From Bugula neritina (Eukaryota > Animalia > Bryozoa), in the NCBI GenBank assembly GCA_964035545.1, contig OZ037768.1:18583700-18647699 (forward strand): a stretch of DNA of 64,000 nucleotides. The letters are read 5' to 3'. Positions within the stretch are counted from its first letter, which is position 1; each line of letters begins with the position of its first letter. The position numbers and the translations under genes were made by a program. This document shows positions 12,751 through 26,531 of the stretch, piece after piece. Below the pieces are notes generated by a model that saw only the letters and a list, made by a program, of their open reading frames with translations, was not told the origin of the DNA and searched no databases.

Positions 12751-14399
12751 AAACTCATCACTACACCTTGTGCATAAAGCAGAATGACTTGATGTTTTCG
12801 TATGACCCAGCAACACAAGAGTGGTTGCATATACCCAAAGAGACAAACAAGATTTGAAGCTAGAAGTCCATATCTGATAGAATACGGAAAAGGAGCTTTC
12901 ACCTGGAATTAAAGACTGCTGACTAGTATATCTAATAGCTTTTTTCTTATTGTGTTTTTATTTATGGCCCTGATTTACTGATGTGTAAAGCAGTTTAATT
13001 TTTTTCTCTCACCCACCAGTACATTGCATAAACATGTGAAATACTTGAAAGTTGTTATAGCACAGTATGTTTAAATGAGAAAATTTATTTTAGAGCTATA
13101 TGCAGGTATACTCTATAATATAATTGTTGTAAGCTTAAAAAGCTGTGTTAATCAACCTCTAGCATAATTCTCAGTTTATTCTAAATAAAATGTTTATATC
13201 TATGAATTAGTATTACATCAAGCACTGGTATCTAGTAAATAGTTTTAGTACGCAGCTATAGCTGTTACATCATCATAAAATTATCATGATATTATTATAG
13301 TGTGAACTTAAAGGTCAAAAGAATGTAATTGCTGGATGTAAAAAAAAATTCCAAATATAAAATTAACGTAAGCAAAGAAGCTTAGCTAGTTTATAATAAT
13401 GTAATATGTATATGTTTTGATGCCAGCCATTATTGTTTTGCTATGACTATGCAACCACTATAATAGACCTTTGTTAGAAGGAGAGATAATTTCTATAACA
13501 TACTCTAAGCAGTAAGTTTAGACTGCTATAGATGCATCATCAAAATTTGATATGCAGAATTGCTCTATGCTTGCTCCTGATATTTTTATCAAGGTTAGCT
13601 TAAATAAAAATCGGCTAACGGAAAGTACTTCAAATATTAACTTTCTTATAACCTATACTCTACAGAATTTTAAAATTGTTTTTTGTTCTTAAACTTACTG
13701 GCATAATAATATTTTGCTCTATGGTTATATATATTTTTAAACATTTAATCTACTTTTTCAGTGTTTCTTCTCTCTAATGCACCCATCTCCATGTAGCATA
13801 TTTTACTTATATAATGCCTTTAAAGGTTAAAAAAAATTGAGAAATATACATTTTTATCAACTTTTTTTCGACATATTAAGATAAATTAATTCTGTTAAAC
13901 TTTTCATAAAACCTTAAAAATTACCAGAAGACTTTTTTTACTAAAATTGGTCATATTCTGTAATGCTATTTTTTGCATTATTGTGTCACTTTATAGTACA
14001 ACCTGAATATATAAAACTTTGCACGGAGCTATATAAATTATGCATTAGATATTAAAGTATATGCAGATAATTTATTGAATATAAGAATGATAAAAATATA
14101 TACTATTATTAATAATAACACTTAACATGCTAGATGAATAACTAAAAACTGTTTGATTCAGCATTTAAAATACATTACTCAAAATAGTTTTCCTTGCATT
14201 GACCAAACGTATTAGAAAAATTGTTTAAATGTTAATTGGTAATTTTACAGTAAAGGGCTAAAAGTTTTATCAAATACATTAAACTGCTTTGTCTGTTCCA
14301 TTAAATAGTTGGTGAACAGATATAATTTTGCCAAATGCGTTTAATCGTATTTTAATGGTATTTCCCCAATATATGCATTTTATATGATTATAGCTGAAT

Positions 14400-15472
<1,073 letters not shown>

Positions 15473-16719
15473 CTGAAATAGTAATATCAAAAATATACCA
15501 TTTGCTTAATTACCTACTAAAAGAATAAAAAAGAGTTGTGGTATAGTGGTTCAAGCAATGCGTAGCAATTTGAAGGCAAATACGCACAAAAATTGCGAGT
15601 TAAAAGCACATTGCAAAATTTATTGAAATATAATGTTTTAATAACAAAATTATAATTAAAAATTGACTTGTTTTCTAAAAAAGCAAGAGAAGACAACTCA
15701 TTACTCACCATTGACAGACATCTTACACATTTTATTATTTCTACTCACTTCAGGTAAAATAACAAATAAATACTCTAAAAATTTTTTTTTTAATAAACAG
15801 AAGGATTATAAGATAAAGGTGTTGAAGCTTTAAAAAGAGTAGAAATCTTAAAACAGAGAATTATAGCTTAGAAAGCCATATATAGAATTGGTACTAGCAA
15901 ATTTAAAACTCAAAATAAAAAAAACAAGATAAGCTATTTAGTAGCTGAAAGCTTTGAGGATGTATTTACAGAGAAGCAGTGATTGATGGGCTGCAGATTT
16001 TATAAATTATTTCCTGAACTTGAATGACAAATCTTTTGCAACTGAGTGATATCGGTATACTATATTTCCAAAACATGGTGGTGATAACTCTCAAGATCCA
16101 TTACACTATTATATGCCTAGCACCACACCAGCACCAGAAACTTAGCTTAAATCTCTCTGTTGTTCAGAGTAGCAATGTAGGGATTCTGATAAACTGGTTT
16201 GAGGTCTAGCTAAAGCACAAATGGTTGACCTTTGAATTTTTCAACCTTGAGTTTTAACTCTAACGCAGTAATATTTCATAGAACATGATATAAAATATTA
16301 TGGCTTATTAGCAGATGTTTATAAACTTTACTTTGTGAGTTCACAGCTCAAACATAATGTAAATTTAGTAAATAAATAATGTTTGGTGCCCATTTCAACT
16401 ATTTTATAAATTATTATAATCCTATTGGCGGATTGTCTTTAGAAATAAAAGTTTTTATCAGTTAATTTGTGAATGATTTCTGAACTGTGAGCTACTATAA
16501 CAGGCAAAGGCTTATTTTAAAAAATAGATGTGGCAAGACTGCCTCTTTATTGTATAGTAGCATACTAGTTTTTAATAATTGATTTTAGAATTTCATCTAA
16601 TTTTAGCAAGGTGTTTTAGATGTTCTAGATTTTTAGATAATATTCAAGTTTGCTAAACACCTAAAATATATATGACCAAGAATTGACACAATTGCAATAG
16701 AATATAGAATGATGACAAC

Positions 16720-19700
16720 CTAATTAATTACAGGTAAGAGATCAATGAAAATTTTCTTGCTCTTTTCATTTACAGAGTAACACAAGTTAAAGTATTGTTT
16801 GGATTGAAATTTTTCTCTCAAAACCCCAGCTACATCTGTTAGCAGATCAACTAGCTCTACTCTCTGTACAGATGGGTGGTGGACAGGAAGGCTGTTCAGG
16901 ATTGATTCTCTAAATTTCTTTATCTCTGTGCCTGTTTGGAGCTTAGAAGCTCTACTGTTGGTGACTCCTGAGAGATGTTCAGAAAAGCATTTGAAAAACA
17001 TTCCAGCTTTCGATCTAAAGAATGTCAAAAGAGAAAAGACTGCATACATTCTAAAAACAGAATTTTCCACTATTTCTAAAATACAGCTCAACTCATAACA
17101 GTTGCTTCAAAAATGTAGTTTCTCACGATACCTGCTGTCTGGTAAGGTTGTGAAGCAGATGTAGCAATCTATTGGTACGTTTAAAGGCCTGAAAGATTGT
17201 CTATCCCATTCTTGAGTTTTAATCGCAGAAGGTAATTGTTTTTGGGCTGGTTTATATTGCAGCTCTATCTCATTCTCAGGCCAAGGGAACTCATCGGTAG
17301 ATTCAAAACTATGAGGAGCTCTGTTGTATATGGCTGAAATATCTCCTCTGCAGCAAGAGAGGAACAGTAGCTAAAATATTTAAGATATTTTTTCAAGTCT
17401 CAGCTAAGTATTATAATTACACTTTAGGTGAACTTAAGAAACAATTGACAAATCACAGATATTTTACGTGGTACCCACAACGATTAAAACGGTTTTGATG
17501 AGAAACGGAATGAATCATAGATATATACTTCAATAAGTGTTTTTTAAACCTAAACAAGTAAAGCTCTTCAACTAAGCTTATACTTTAGGAATATTCCTAA
17601 CATGTCCAGAGTTAAAGTGATTCACTACTTCCTGTACTGGACAGTTAGACTCGCCATCATGTCCATAAATCATTCCATCTTTACCGTGAGAGAAGATAGC
17701 AAGAGCAGCCATTGCACCATGTCCTTCTGATTTAGAGAATTCTGCTATGAAGCTGAGCATTTCATCTGCAGGTACATTGCACTTAACATCAACCTAAAAC
17801 GTTAAAATGGTATGACTGGTAAATTATTATAATAAGTAGCTAAAAGGAACCCACAGCGTTAATTATGCTAAAGTTGCGTTTATACTTTCACAATTTTCAG
17901 TCAGAAATTCAACTTTAAAGTTTTTAGTGCTAATAAATTAAATATAAAACAATGAAAGAAGACAATACACATTTTTCTTCTTTCCATTTTTATTTCATAA
18001 GTAAAATTTTGGGCATAAACACAACTACTTTGTATTTATTACTCACAGCAAATCCAAAGTGGTCAGTTAAGATTTTTTGGGCAGAGGTTAAAGTTTCAGA
18101 CCGTCTTTTAGAGATTGTTATCTCATGTGATGTTGCATTAGAAGATATTTCTAAGTTGTTACAGATTATCAGAGCTCTCCCTCTGTTGTTTTCACTTATG
18201 ACCATTTTGTTCTCCAACGACTTTCTCATTTCACCACCGTCCAATCTACTCGGCTTCTCATCACCAGACTTTCTCTCTTCACCATCAGTAGTTGCTCTCA
18301 ATACACCATCATCTGATGTTATTTCACCAGAATCTGATTTACTTGCTCTACCATTATCTGGTCGATTCTCTTCACAATCATCTGTTGAAACTTCTTCACC
18401 ATAATCTGGTGTACTTGTTTCACTTGCTTCATCTGCCAGACACTCATTCCTATCTCTGATGTATCTCTTGCTCAGAGTTGAGTTTACACTCACTTTCTGA
18501 ACATCAGGATCACAGCTGAACTCATCGATCAGGGAGTGTATTGACTTGTAACGCCATAGCTCTGGTACTGAGTGACTATAAATTTTGGTAAACATTATAA
18601 GCATTCACTGTCCACTATTTTTTGTAAACAAACTATATTATTGGTGTTACCATACACAAATAAAGTTGCCAATGATTTATACAGTATAAATTAATAATGA
18701 CAATTATGAGTGCCAATTAAAAAATTATCTGATGTTTTTCGATAGCTAAATATTAAGTGGTACCTTCTTTTGCTTTCTGCCGTGTTATACTGTACAGAGA
18801 GCATCAGGTAGTCAGGTCCAGGTGGTACTAGGTTCAAATCTGCTTCTTTTTCAAAACTTTGTATCACTGCTATCTGACAAATATAATAACATATATTTAT
18901 AAATTTCCATATACTATATATGTTTGTAAAAAGAATTTTAAAAACAAAAAAAATGTTTATTTTGTACCTTAGGCTTTCCATTGTATAAAGGCAAGTCCAT
19001 ATCATTTAGTTGGTTCTGTATAGACACCTGTTTAGGTTCTTCCACAATGTCTGTGTTCATGACAACAAGCAGGTGATCTTCTGCTCCAATTGTTGTCTGG
19101 TAAAGCAATATTATTTAAAGTGAATTAGAGTAGCTTTGATCTTTTGTTTATTAAACTCTGTTTTGTCAAATAAAATTTAGAATTTTCTTGAAACAAAACA
19201 GTTTAGGAACTGGTTTAATTGCTAAATACACTCGAAGCTATTATAAACAACTGAATGGTCTTTAGTTAAACTTTTTATCAAATGTAGTTATATTAATAAG
19301 ACATTCTGCACCTAATGTTTTCTTTAGAAAAATAATTTGTTTACAAATAGAAGAATACTAACCATGTAATGCAAAACATACATGATATACTGTAATACCA
19401 TAATAATATAACAACATGCTGCAATTAAATATGGAAAGATCATAATGTATTTTATAAACATTAATGACATTCCACAACTTACTATGTCGCCAAACTTTCC
19501 ATTTGTTGGAAAAGACAAGCTAGCTGATTTCTGTCGATTAGCAACTGAAGGGTGTGAAATGGGTGACAGTAGACGGGCGGAGTCAAGCAGTGAATATTCA
19601 TTTAACAAGTATTTTAGCACTCTGAGAATAGTGTCAGTATATTGGTAATATCTTTCAGGTAATGAAAGTTGTAGCGGAAATTCTACGCCAGTAAGCATTT

Positions 19701-21840
19701 CTATTATTTTGTATTTAGATTTCAAGCTCAAGTTTGTGTAATCACCGAGCACCTTCTGGATATAGTACATCTCATGAAATCCTTTTCTATGGATTATCTG
19801 TCCACAATCAACCATTTGTGTGTTTGGTGACTTCTCAATGCTTTGTCTTGCTGACAAAGGAAGATGTAGCATAAAGTCAGCAAATACTTTGGTGTTGTAC
19901 TTGGCAGCAACATAGTGAAGTGGTGTGTTACCGTATACATCCGGATACATCATGTCTATTATGCTCATATAATGTAAATAATCTTGCAGCAATTCGTAAA
20001 GCTCTTTCTGAGATGGAGACAAGGCCATAAGGTGCAAAATGTTCTGGCGATATTTGTTATGCTTTTGTAAGTGAAGGCGCATTGTATTTAAGTCAGATAT
20101 ATCTGCTACCTGCTCAAGAAGCTCATCTAGGGCATTAAATTTTCCAAACCTGATCAGTGAGAGAATGGGAGTATTGCCCTCCTTATCTTCACAAGTGATT
20201 AGTTTCTTCACACTTTGGCCATGAAGCTGTGAAGTGAGAAGAATTTCCACAACTTTCTTGTTATAAGCAATGTGCAACGCTGTTAGGCCATTCTTGTCTT
20301 GTAAATAAATCAGGTCATCATTTTCTGAAAACAATTTACACAGATATTCTACAATACCAGTCCTACCTTCAGCAGCTGATACATGCAATGCCGTGAATCC
20401 ATTGTTATCGGTGGACAACAAATATTCTTTCTGTCGGTGTGGCCTAACTGATTCCACAAGTACTTTTGCAATCCCTTTCTTACTAGCAAAGTGCAGCGCT
20501 TTCCAACCATTGCTCGCTTTCATCTGTACAAGTTTATCATCTCTTGGATATAAACTACAGAGATACTCAACTATGTCAGCTTTACCATAAGCTGCTGCCA
20601 TATGTAAAGCTGTACAATCATTCTCATTAACGGAAAACACCAAATTTTTTTGACTGTTGGCATCTACAGACTCGACAAGTAGCTTTGCTATTTCCCGATT
20701 AATTGCTACGTGTAAAGGAGTTGAACCTTCTGAATCCTTCATCAGTAAAAATTCACTGTCACCGGGATACAGACTACACAAGTATTCTACTATACCTGCT
20801 CTCCCAGCTGCAGCTGCTCTATACAGGGCTGTGCACTGATTATTGTCAACAGATTTTACAAACTCACTTCGCTTATCTGGTGCAACAGATTCCACGAGCA
20901 GTTCTGCTATTTTTCTATTTGTTGCAGAATGTAGAGCTGTGCAGCCATCACTGTTTTTTGTAGCTGCTAGGTTATTGTAGGTTGGAAGTAAACTGAGAAG
21001 ATATTTTACTACATCAACTTTATCTAACGCAACTGCAGTATGTAATGCTGTAAATTGGAGAGATGTGACAAATGAAATTGAATCGATTTGTCTTTCTGGT
21101 GATACCGACTCTATAAGTAGCTTTGCTATGGCTTCGGTTTTGGCATAATGTAGAGCTGTACTGCCATCACTATTTTGTTTTAGTATTAGCTCATCATTTG
21201 GTAAATACAAACTGCAGAGATAGTCTACTACATCTGTTCTACCCATTGCGGCAGGCTCATGCAGCGCTGTACACTGATACTTGTCAGCAGACAGAACCAA
21301 GTCTTTCTGCCTATCTGTTGTTACTGACTCTACAAGTAGTTTTGCTATTTCACGGTTACTAGCATAATGTAGAGCTGTTTTACCAACCTTATTTTTCTTT
21401 AATATCAGTTCATCATTATTTGAACATAAACTGCAGAAATATTCAACCAAATCAGTTTCCTTTGTGTCACTAGCTAAATGTAATGCTGTACATAGATATT
21501 TATCAGCTGATAGAATGTATTCCATTCGTCTTTCTGGTGTGACTGACTCTACAAGTAGCTTTGCTATTTCTTTAGTCTTCGCATAATGTAGAGCTGTTTT
21601 GCCACACGAGTCACTTTTTAGTATCAATCCATCGTCAACTGAATCTAAGCTGCATAGATATTTCACCACGCCAGTTCTATCATGGCTAGCTGCTACATGT
21701 AATGCTGTACAGCCTTCCTTGTCAACACGATCTAGATATTCTCTTCTCTCCTCTGGTTTAACTGACTCTATAAGTAGCATTGCTGCTTCCTTATTTTCAG
21801 CATTATGTAGATCACTACCAAAACCTGTCCTGCTATTCAT
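16720..21840 (-). CDS. Ankyrin-repeat/caspase (peptidase C14) fusion protein, ~1289 aa. Exons 21840-19483, 19096-18968, 18873-18764, 18575-18047, 17793-17584, 17370-17132, 17014-16720
   Basis: Seven GT-AG, phase-compatible exons give a 3870-nt uninterrupted frame. N-terminus has ~17 ankyrin repeats (TALH/TPLH). C-terminus has the caspase motifs in order: NRGRALIICN, HFGFAV, AIFSHG, IPKLLFLSCCRG, VPIDCYICFTTLPD, GMFFKCF, ELVDLLTDV. Confidence 0.88.
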
Positions 21841-22497
21841 ATTGGAGACAAAACTAGCATTCACTTAGCATGACTTACAGCTGAAACGAATTATATACAC
21901 ATGCGTAGCTATGACTCTACACTGGCTAGTTTATTTCCTTATACAACATAATATACAGAGGCTGTAGATGGCTTGATGTCAGGGCTGAAGAGCCACTACA
22001 ATTGCAACAATAAGAATGCCCTATTTGCTTTATCTCAAACAACCTGTTCAATTATATTATGCAAATATTGGCTTTCAGAGATGAGCTGTGTAAATATCTT
22101 GTTCTATTTAAGCTTAAAAAGTTCAGCTAGCAAAAATACTTGTCTATTAATCATAGAGGGTACTGGTGTAAAAAGAAGCTAAAAAAAAAACTGCAAAGAG
22201 AGTAGCTAGTATTTATGGTGTTGAAGAAAATATGCACATACCTATTTTTATTATTGCAACATAGATAATTGAGATACATTTAGATAGCATAAAATTCTAC
22301 TAAAATTTGTCAACCATTTAACATAAGCTGGTGCAGTTCTACAGCAAACATTTTGGAAAATCATTAGATTCAACCTGTCACACTGTTTATAGCCTGTGAT
22401 AAATTGACTAGTTGATGTGAAGGGGAGTAAGCTTTCTACTCAAACCAATAAATAAGCAGAGGCTATAAAACTGGCAAAGTTCCTGAATAATGGACTG

Positions 22498-22639
22498 GTT
22501 CTATAAGCAGCTCTCAGTTGGGGTGAAGGACGAATTTAGTTTGGGGGTCCCAAGTTTTGAGCTAGGTGCCTATTTCCAAACTTTAGACCCCCCAACTAAA
22601 ATCATCCTTCACCCCAAAACTCGGAGCTGCTTATAGAAC
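22498..22639. mobile_element. Hairpin/MITE-like element with long imperfect inverted arms
   Basis: gttctataagcagctc...ggggtgaagga...tttagtttggggg pairs with cccccaactaaa...tccttcacccc...gagctgcttatagaac. Confidence 0.75.
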
Positions 22640-24063
22640 AATTCTATAATGATTTGTTGTGCTACATACTACATTACATATTCTACTGCCTAGCAATACA
22701 TGATGCCATGCCAGCTGGCAGGCTTTGCTGAAAGAACTAATATGAGTAAAAAGCCCTATATGTGTTATTTTAATTTACAGCTACCACATGCCATCTATAT
22801 AAGTTAGTCAACTGCTATACAGGCTGAAATGGAAGTATTATTGCAACATCCATGGCTCAACTTGTTTTGTTACTTTCATGAGCTAGAGATTTTAATTTGC
22901 CTAACTTTGAAAAGAATGTTGGCATACTATTGAGTTTGCCATATTGACTAATGCATATTCCAAAGAACTGCATTCTATTATTCACAAAATTGTTGAATGG
23001 TTTTAGGTAGACTATAGTCCCCATTTCAGATGGGGCATTGAAAATGGGGTAAAAGCAGGATAAATTTTAGACTTTATCCATGAAGTTACTTGTTAAAAGA
23101 GACTAAGCTCTATGTAAATTTTAAAAAGTATAAAAAGTATAGTTTATACACTCTCTGCTGTGGTCAAGACTCAAACCAGTTTGCATTGCTGACAGACTAA
23201 CTGTAGATGTTGCAAAATGACTTTGAAGTCAGCATCTTTAGAGATCTTATAATGCTGTGAAAATCATAATTAATAATAAGATTAATTTATATCGCCTAAT
23301 TAACACGATCTATTAATAATATATAACTTCTACATACTTGGTTGCCCTGACAACCCTTACTCAACTGCTGGAAAATTTTTATATACAATATGTGCAGGTA
23401 ACTCCAAACTCTGCAGAAGACTAGAGCAGTATTCAATATAGAGTCGGTGAAAGACTTTGCAAATAGATATTCAAAGCATACATATACTCCTTTATTGGTA
23501 TATATATACAAATGTATATATACTTATACTGCACAATATATATATATATAATTATATATATGCTGATTTAGCCGACTGGCATGCAACTAGCTTAAATATC
23601 TCAAGAAAATGGAGTTGTCTTTCCAAAGTACCATGTTACTATCAGTTTAGTGTAGGAGTGGTCACATTTATGTATGGTGTAACTATAAAGATAAATACAA
23701 ACATGAGTATTTAGCTAGCTACAATTTATGAGAAAATTTAATTCATGGTGCTTGATCTTTTTTGTTTATAATGTAGTCGTAAAATAGAAAATTTTATTGT
23801 TCATATAATATTTATTATTTAAAACTAAATATTCGTCGTGCAAAAACACAAAACTATTAGTGAACATTATTTATATATTTAAAACCCTGGATGGTAACTG
23901 TTATAGGCAAAGTTGCATAGAAAACTATATAGAAAAATAGTTATATATTTTTGGTTAAATCATATCCGCAGCAGAAATGCCTTTGACCATTTGAGCAATA
24001 ATATATTAATAACACATAAATTCTTTTTGACTGAGTAGACACTAAGTTGAATAATATCTTTTT

Positions 24064-26531
24064 TTATTCTTGCTTCGGTTTTCCGTCTTCAAGCTGTTGA
24101 AATATAAAAATTTAACCTTCAAACAACTTATACATTAAGTTAACCTTTTGAGAGCTTAACACACCAAGATGTGATCAACACTAAAAATGGGACAACTCCT
24201 AACTGAATGTGGAATGTGTGGAGACAAAGTAGCAAACTTGAAGGTAATTTTTGATGTAAACACACGATATGTTAGTGTTTAATACAGATTAAAGTACAAT
24301 CAATTTATCCGAGTGTTTAAAAGAGTAGTACAGCATACATGCATCACAAGAAAAATGTAAACTTATATCCAGAAAACTTGAATTTAAAGTTCTGTTTTTA
24401 CTCACCGTAACCAGAGCTCTGCCAACCGTACCAATAGTTATTCCACCAGAGAAATACAAACATAATACCCAAGATCTCATATACATAAAGTCTGGATCAG
24501 AATATCTGCAACATAGAACACAACATTAAGTTATAAGTATCAACAATGTCTGGGTCAATATGAACAAATGTAAGAATCAACTGACAAACAAGCGATTGCT
24601 TTGACATAGCCAAACAAATTAAATATTGATAGTGCAACGTTGGAAAATAAATTGAACACTCTATGGGCTGATTAAAAGTTACTGGGTGTGACACACCCCT
24701 TGACAAAAACTACACTATTAGTAATAATCAACAGAATGCCGCCAATACTTATACTGAGAAGGCAACAGCAGAGTTTCTCTAATGCTTACCCAAAAACACC
24801 AAAGGCAACGAGGCACTGAGTCACAATAGCTGCTACCACGGTTACTGCTACTCCAACTCCCAAGCCAGGTAGAGATTGGTCAAAAAAGTACCACAGTCCC
24901 AAGCTAAGCAATGCAAGGGTGATGAATAGATGAGTATTGCTATCAAATGCAATTTTCTGTTTTCAAAATTAAGGAATTGTAACTTTGTCAGTTAAAAAAA
25001 ACTATTGCACAGTACAAGCATAGAAAGCCAATGTAAAAATCCAAACCTTCATGAAAGTTTATTGTGTTCTTGCTAGAAATTATTCTAACTTAACAAAAAA
25101 CATGAATATGTTTTGCATAAACCTGGGAGCTGAATATTTTACAACATACACTCCGTGTGTGATCATCCCAATTCTATAGTCACCTTCGCCAGGCACAGTA
25201 AGACAACAACTAACATTGTAAGACATAAAATTAATCTGCTATTTGAACAAGAAACTAAAGTTTTGCTTTATTATGTACGCTTGAAAACAAAATGTCAATC
25301 GCAGTTATCAACATGAATTTTGAGAAACCCAAAACTAGTAAATAATTTGCAAACTTCCAATTATACAATGAACACTAAATGTTGAGAGTGTAAAGGATAC
25401 AGCACTAGCATGGTTGATGCCAACAAAGGTTGCGATGCACCTCATGACACTAGACCAGTCCTGATGTTTCTCACCATATCCAAAGAGAGTGTCTAGCTTA
25501 GGGTATAGCAATCCAATTACAGCTAAAATAGAAATACAAGTATTACCATTACTGAAATACTCATAGGGCACCCTATTATTAAACTATGAAATTGTAATTA
25601 TTAGAAAGCAAATAATAACTCGGCACACTTACCCGCAGCCAGTCCGAATGTGGGAGGCACCCACCAAGCAGAGTTAAGTTTGTCAGCAAAAACACCCGGA
25701 GGGAATACAGTTACTTTGTTTTGTATTTGGAGAAAATTCAGCAGGACTGCAAACATCATTCCCAGAACAAAGAGTGAGATGAAGCGTTTGCTCAGTGGTA
25801 AGGATGTTGATATTCTGTAACTCTTGCAAGTATCCAACCTTAAAAATGTACAAGAAAAGATATATTACAACTCAAACCTTGAGCTAGAGTGAGTAAATAT
25901 TATGAGACGAGTGTACACAGCTGAGTTTAGGTAGTTAACAGAGATGTAATTCTCAAGATTTGAGAAATTGGATAAAAACTGTAAATTTTATAATGATTTT
26001 TAAATTAAAATTGCAATGGCTTGACACGTATAGACCACCATGCCTCTAGGACTTTTATGCAATATTGCACATGTATTTAATCACTAATGAAATTTGGTAA
26101 TAGTGTTCAAACAAACATGAGAACTTTTGAAATTTCCAAAAATGTCTTATGCAATCGGAAATCAAACCAGAAATTAGTAATAAAAGTAGCAAAAAACCGA
26201 AAAAAATGTCTCAACAAAAATTATACCTGCTGATGTTGGGAAATTTATTTGACGGTTTGCCAATATCTGTTGGTTGATCATTTGACGGTTGATGATTTTG
26301 TTGAGATAAATTTATACTAGATTTAGTAAAGCCAGTATTGTCTAATTGAATGTCTGAAATACTGTGCCAACGTTTAATAAGAGAAGATGTCTGACAGTGG
26401 CTCTGGGACGACAAAGGTGAAGGATACTGTCCATCTGGACAGCTGTAGCTCCTCCTATTACGAGCTCGAAACTTTTGTGAAATCACGCATTCTTGACATT
26501 CTAGCATTATGCTTTCAATTTCAGAGTTCAT
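24064..26531 (-). CDS. INSIG: Insulin-induced gene protein (INSIG), ~309 aa. Exons 26531-26227, 25838-25633, 25522-25401, 24956-24790, 24505-24406, 24093-24064
   Basis: Hallmark segments SAWWVPP, AVIGLLYP.LD, WSSVMRCIATFVGINHASAK, GLWYFFDQS, YSDPDFMYMRSW, FSGGITIG; frame is continuous. Confidence 0.95.
24957..25400 (-). other. U12-type (minor spliceosome) GT-AG intron in INSIG
   Basis: 5' splice site GTATCCTTT; branch-site TTCCTTAAT close to the 3' AG with no polypyrimidine tract. Confidence 0.9.

Noticed and set aside
17952-18404. 150-aa + strand ORF and other antisense ORFs over the ankyrin exon
   Set aside because: Shadow frames of the minus-strand coding exons.
19324-19482. Hydrophobic C-terminal tail of the 846-aa ankyrin ORF as a TM anchor
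   Set aside because: It lies past a consensus GTAAGT donor and is AT-rich intron read-through; retention as a minor isoform is not excluded.
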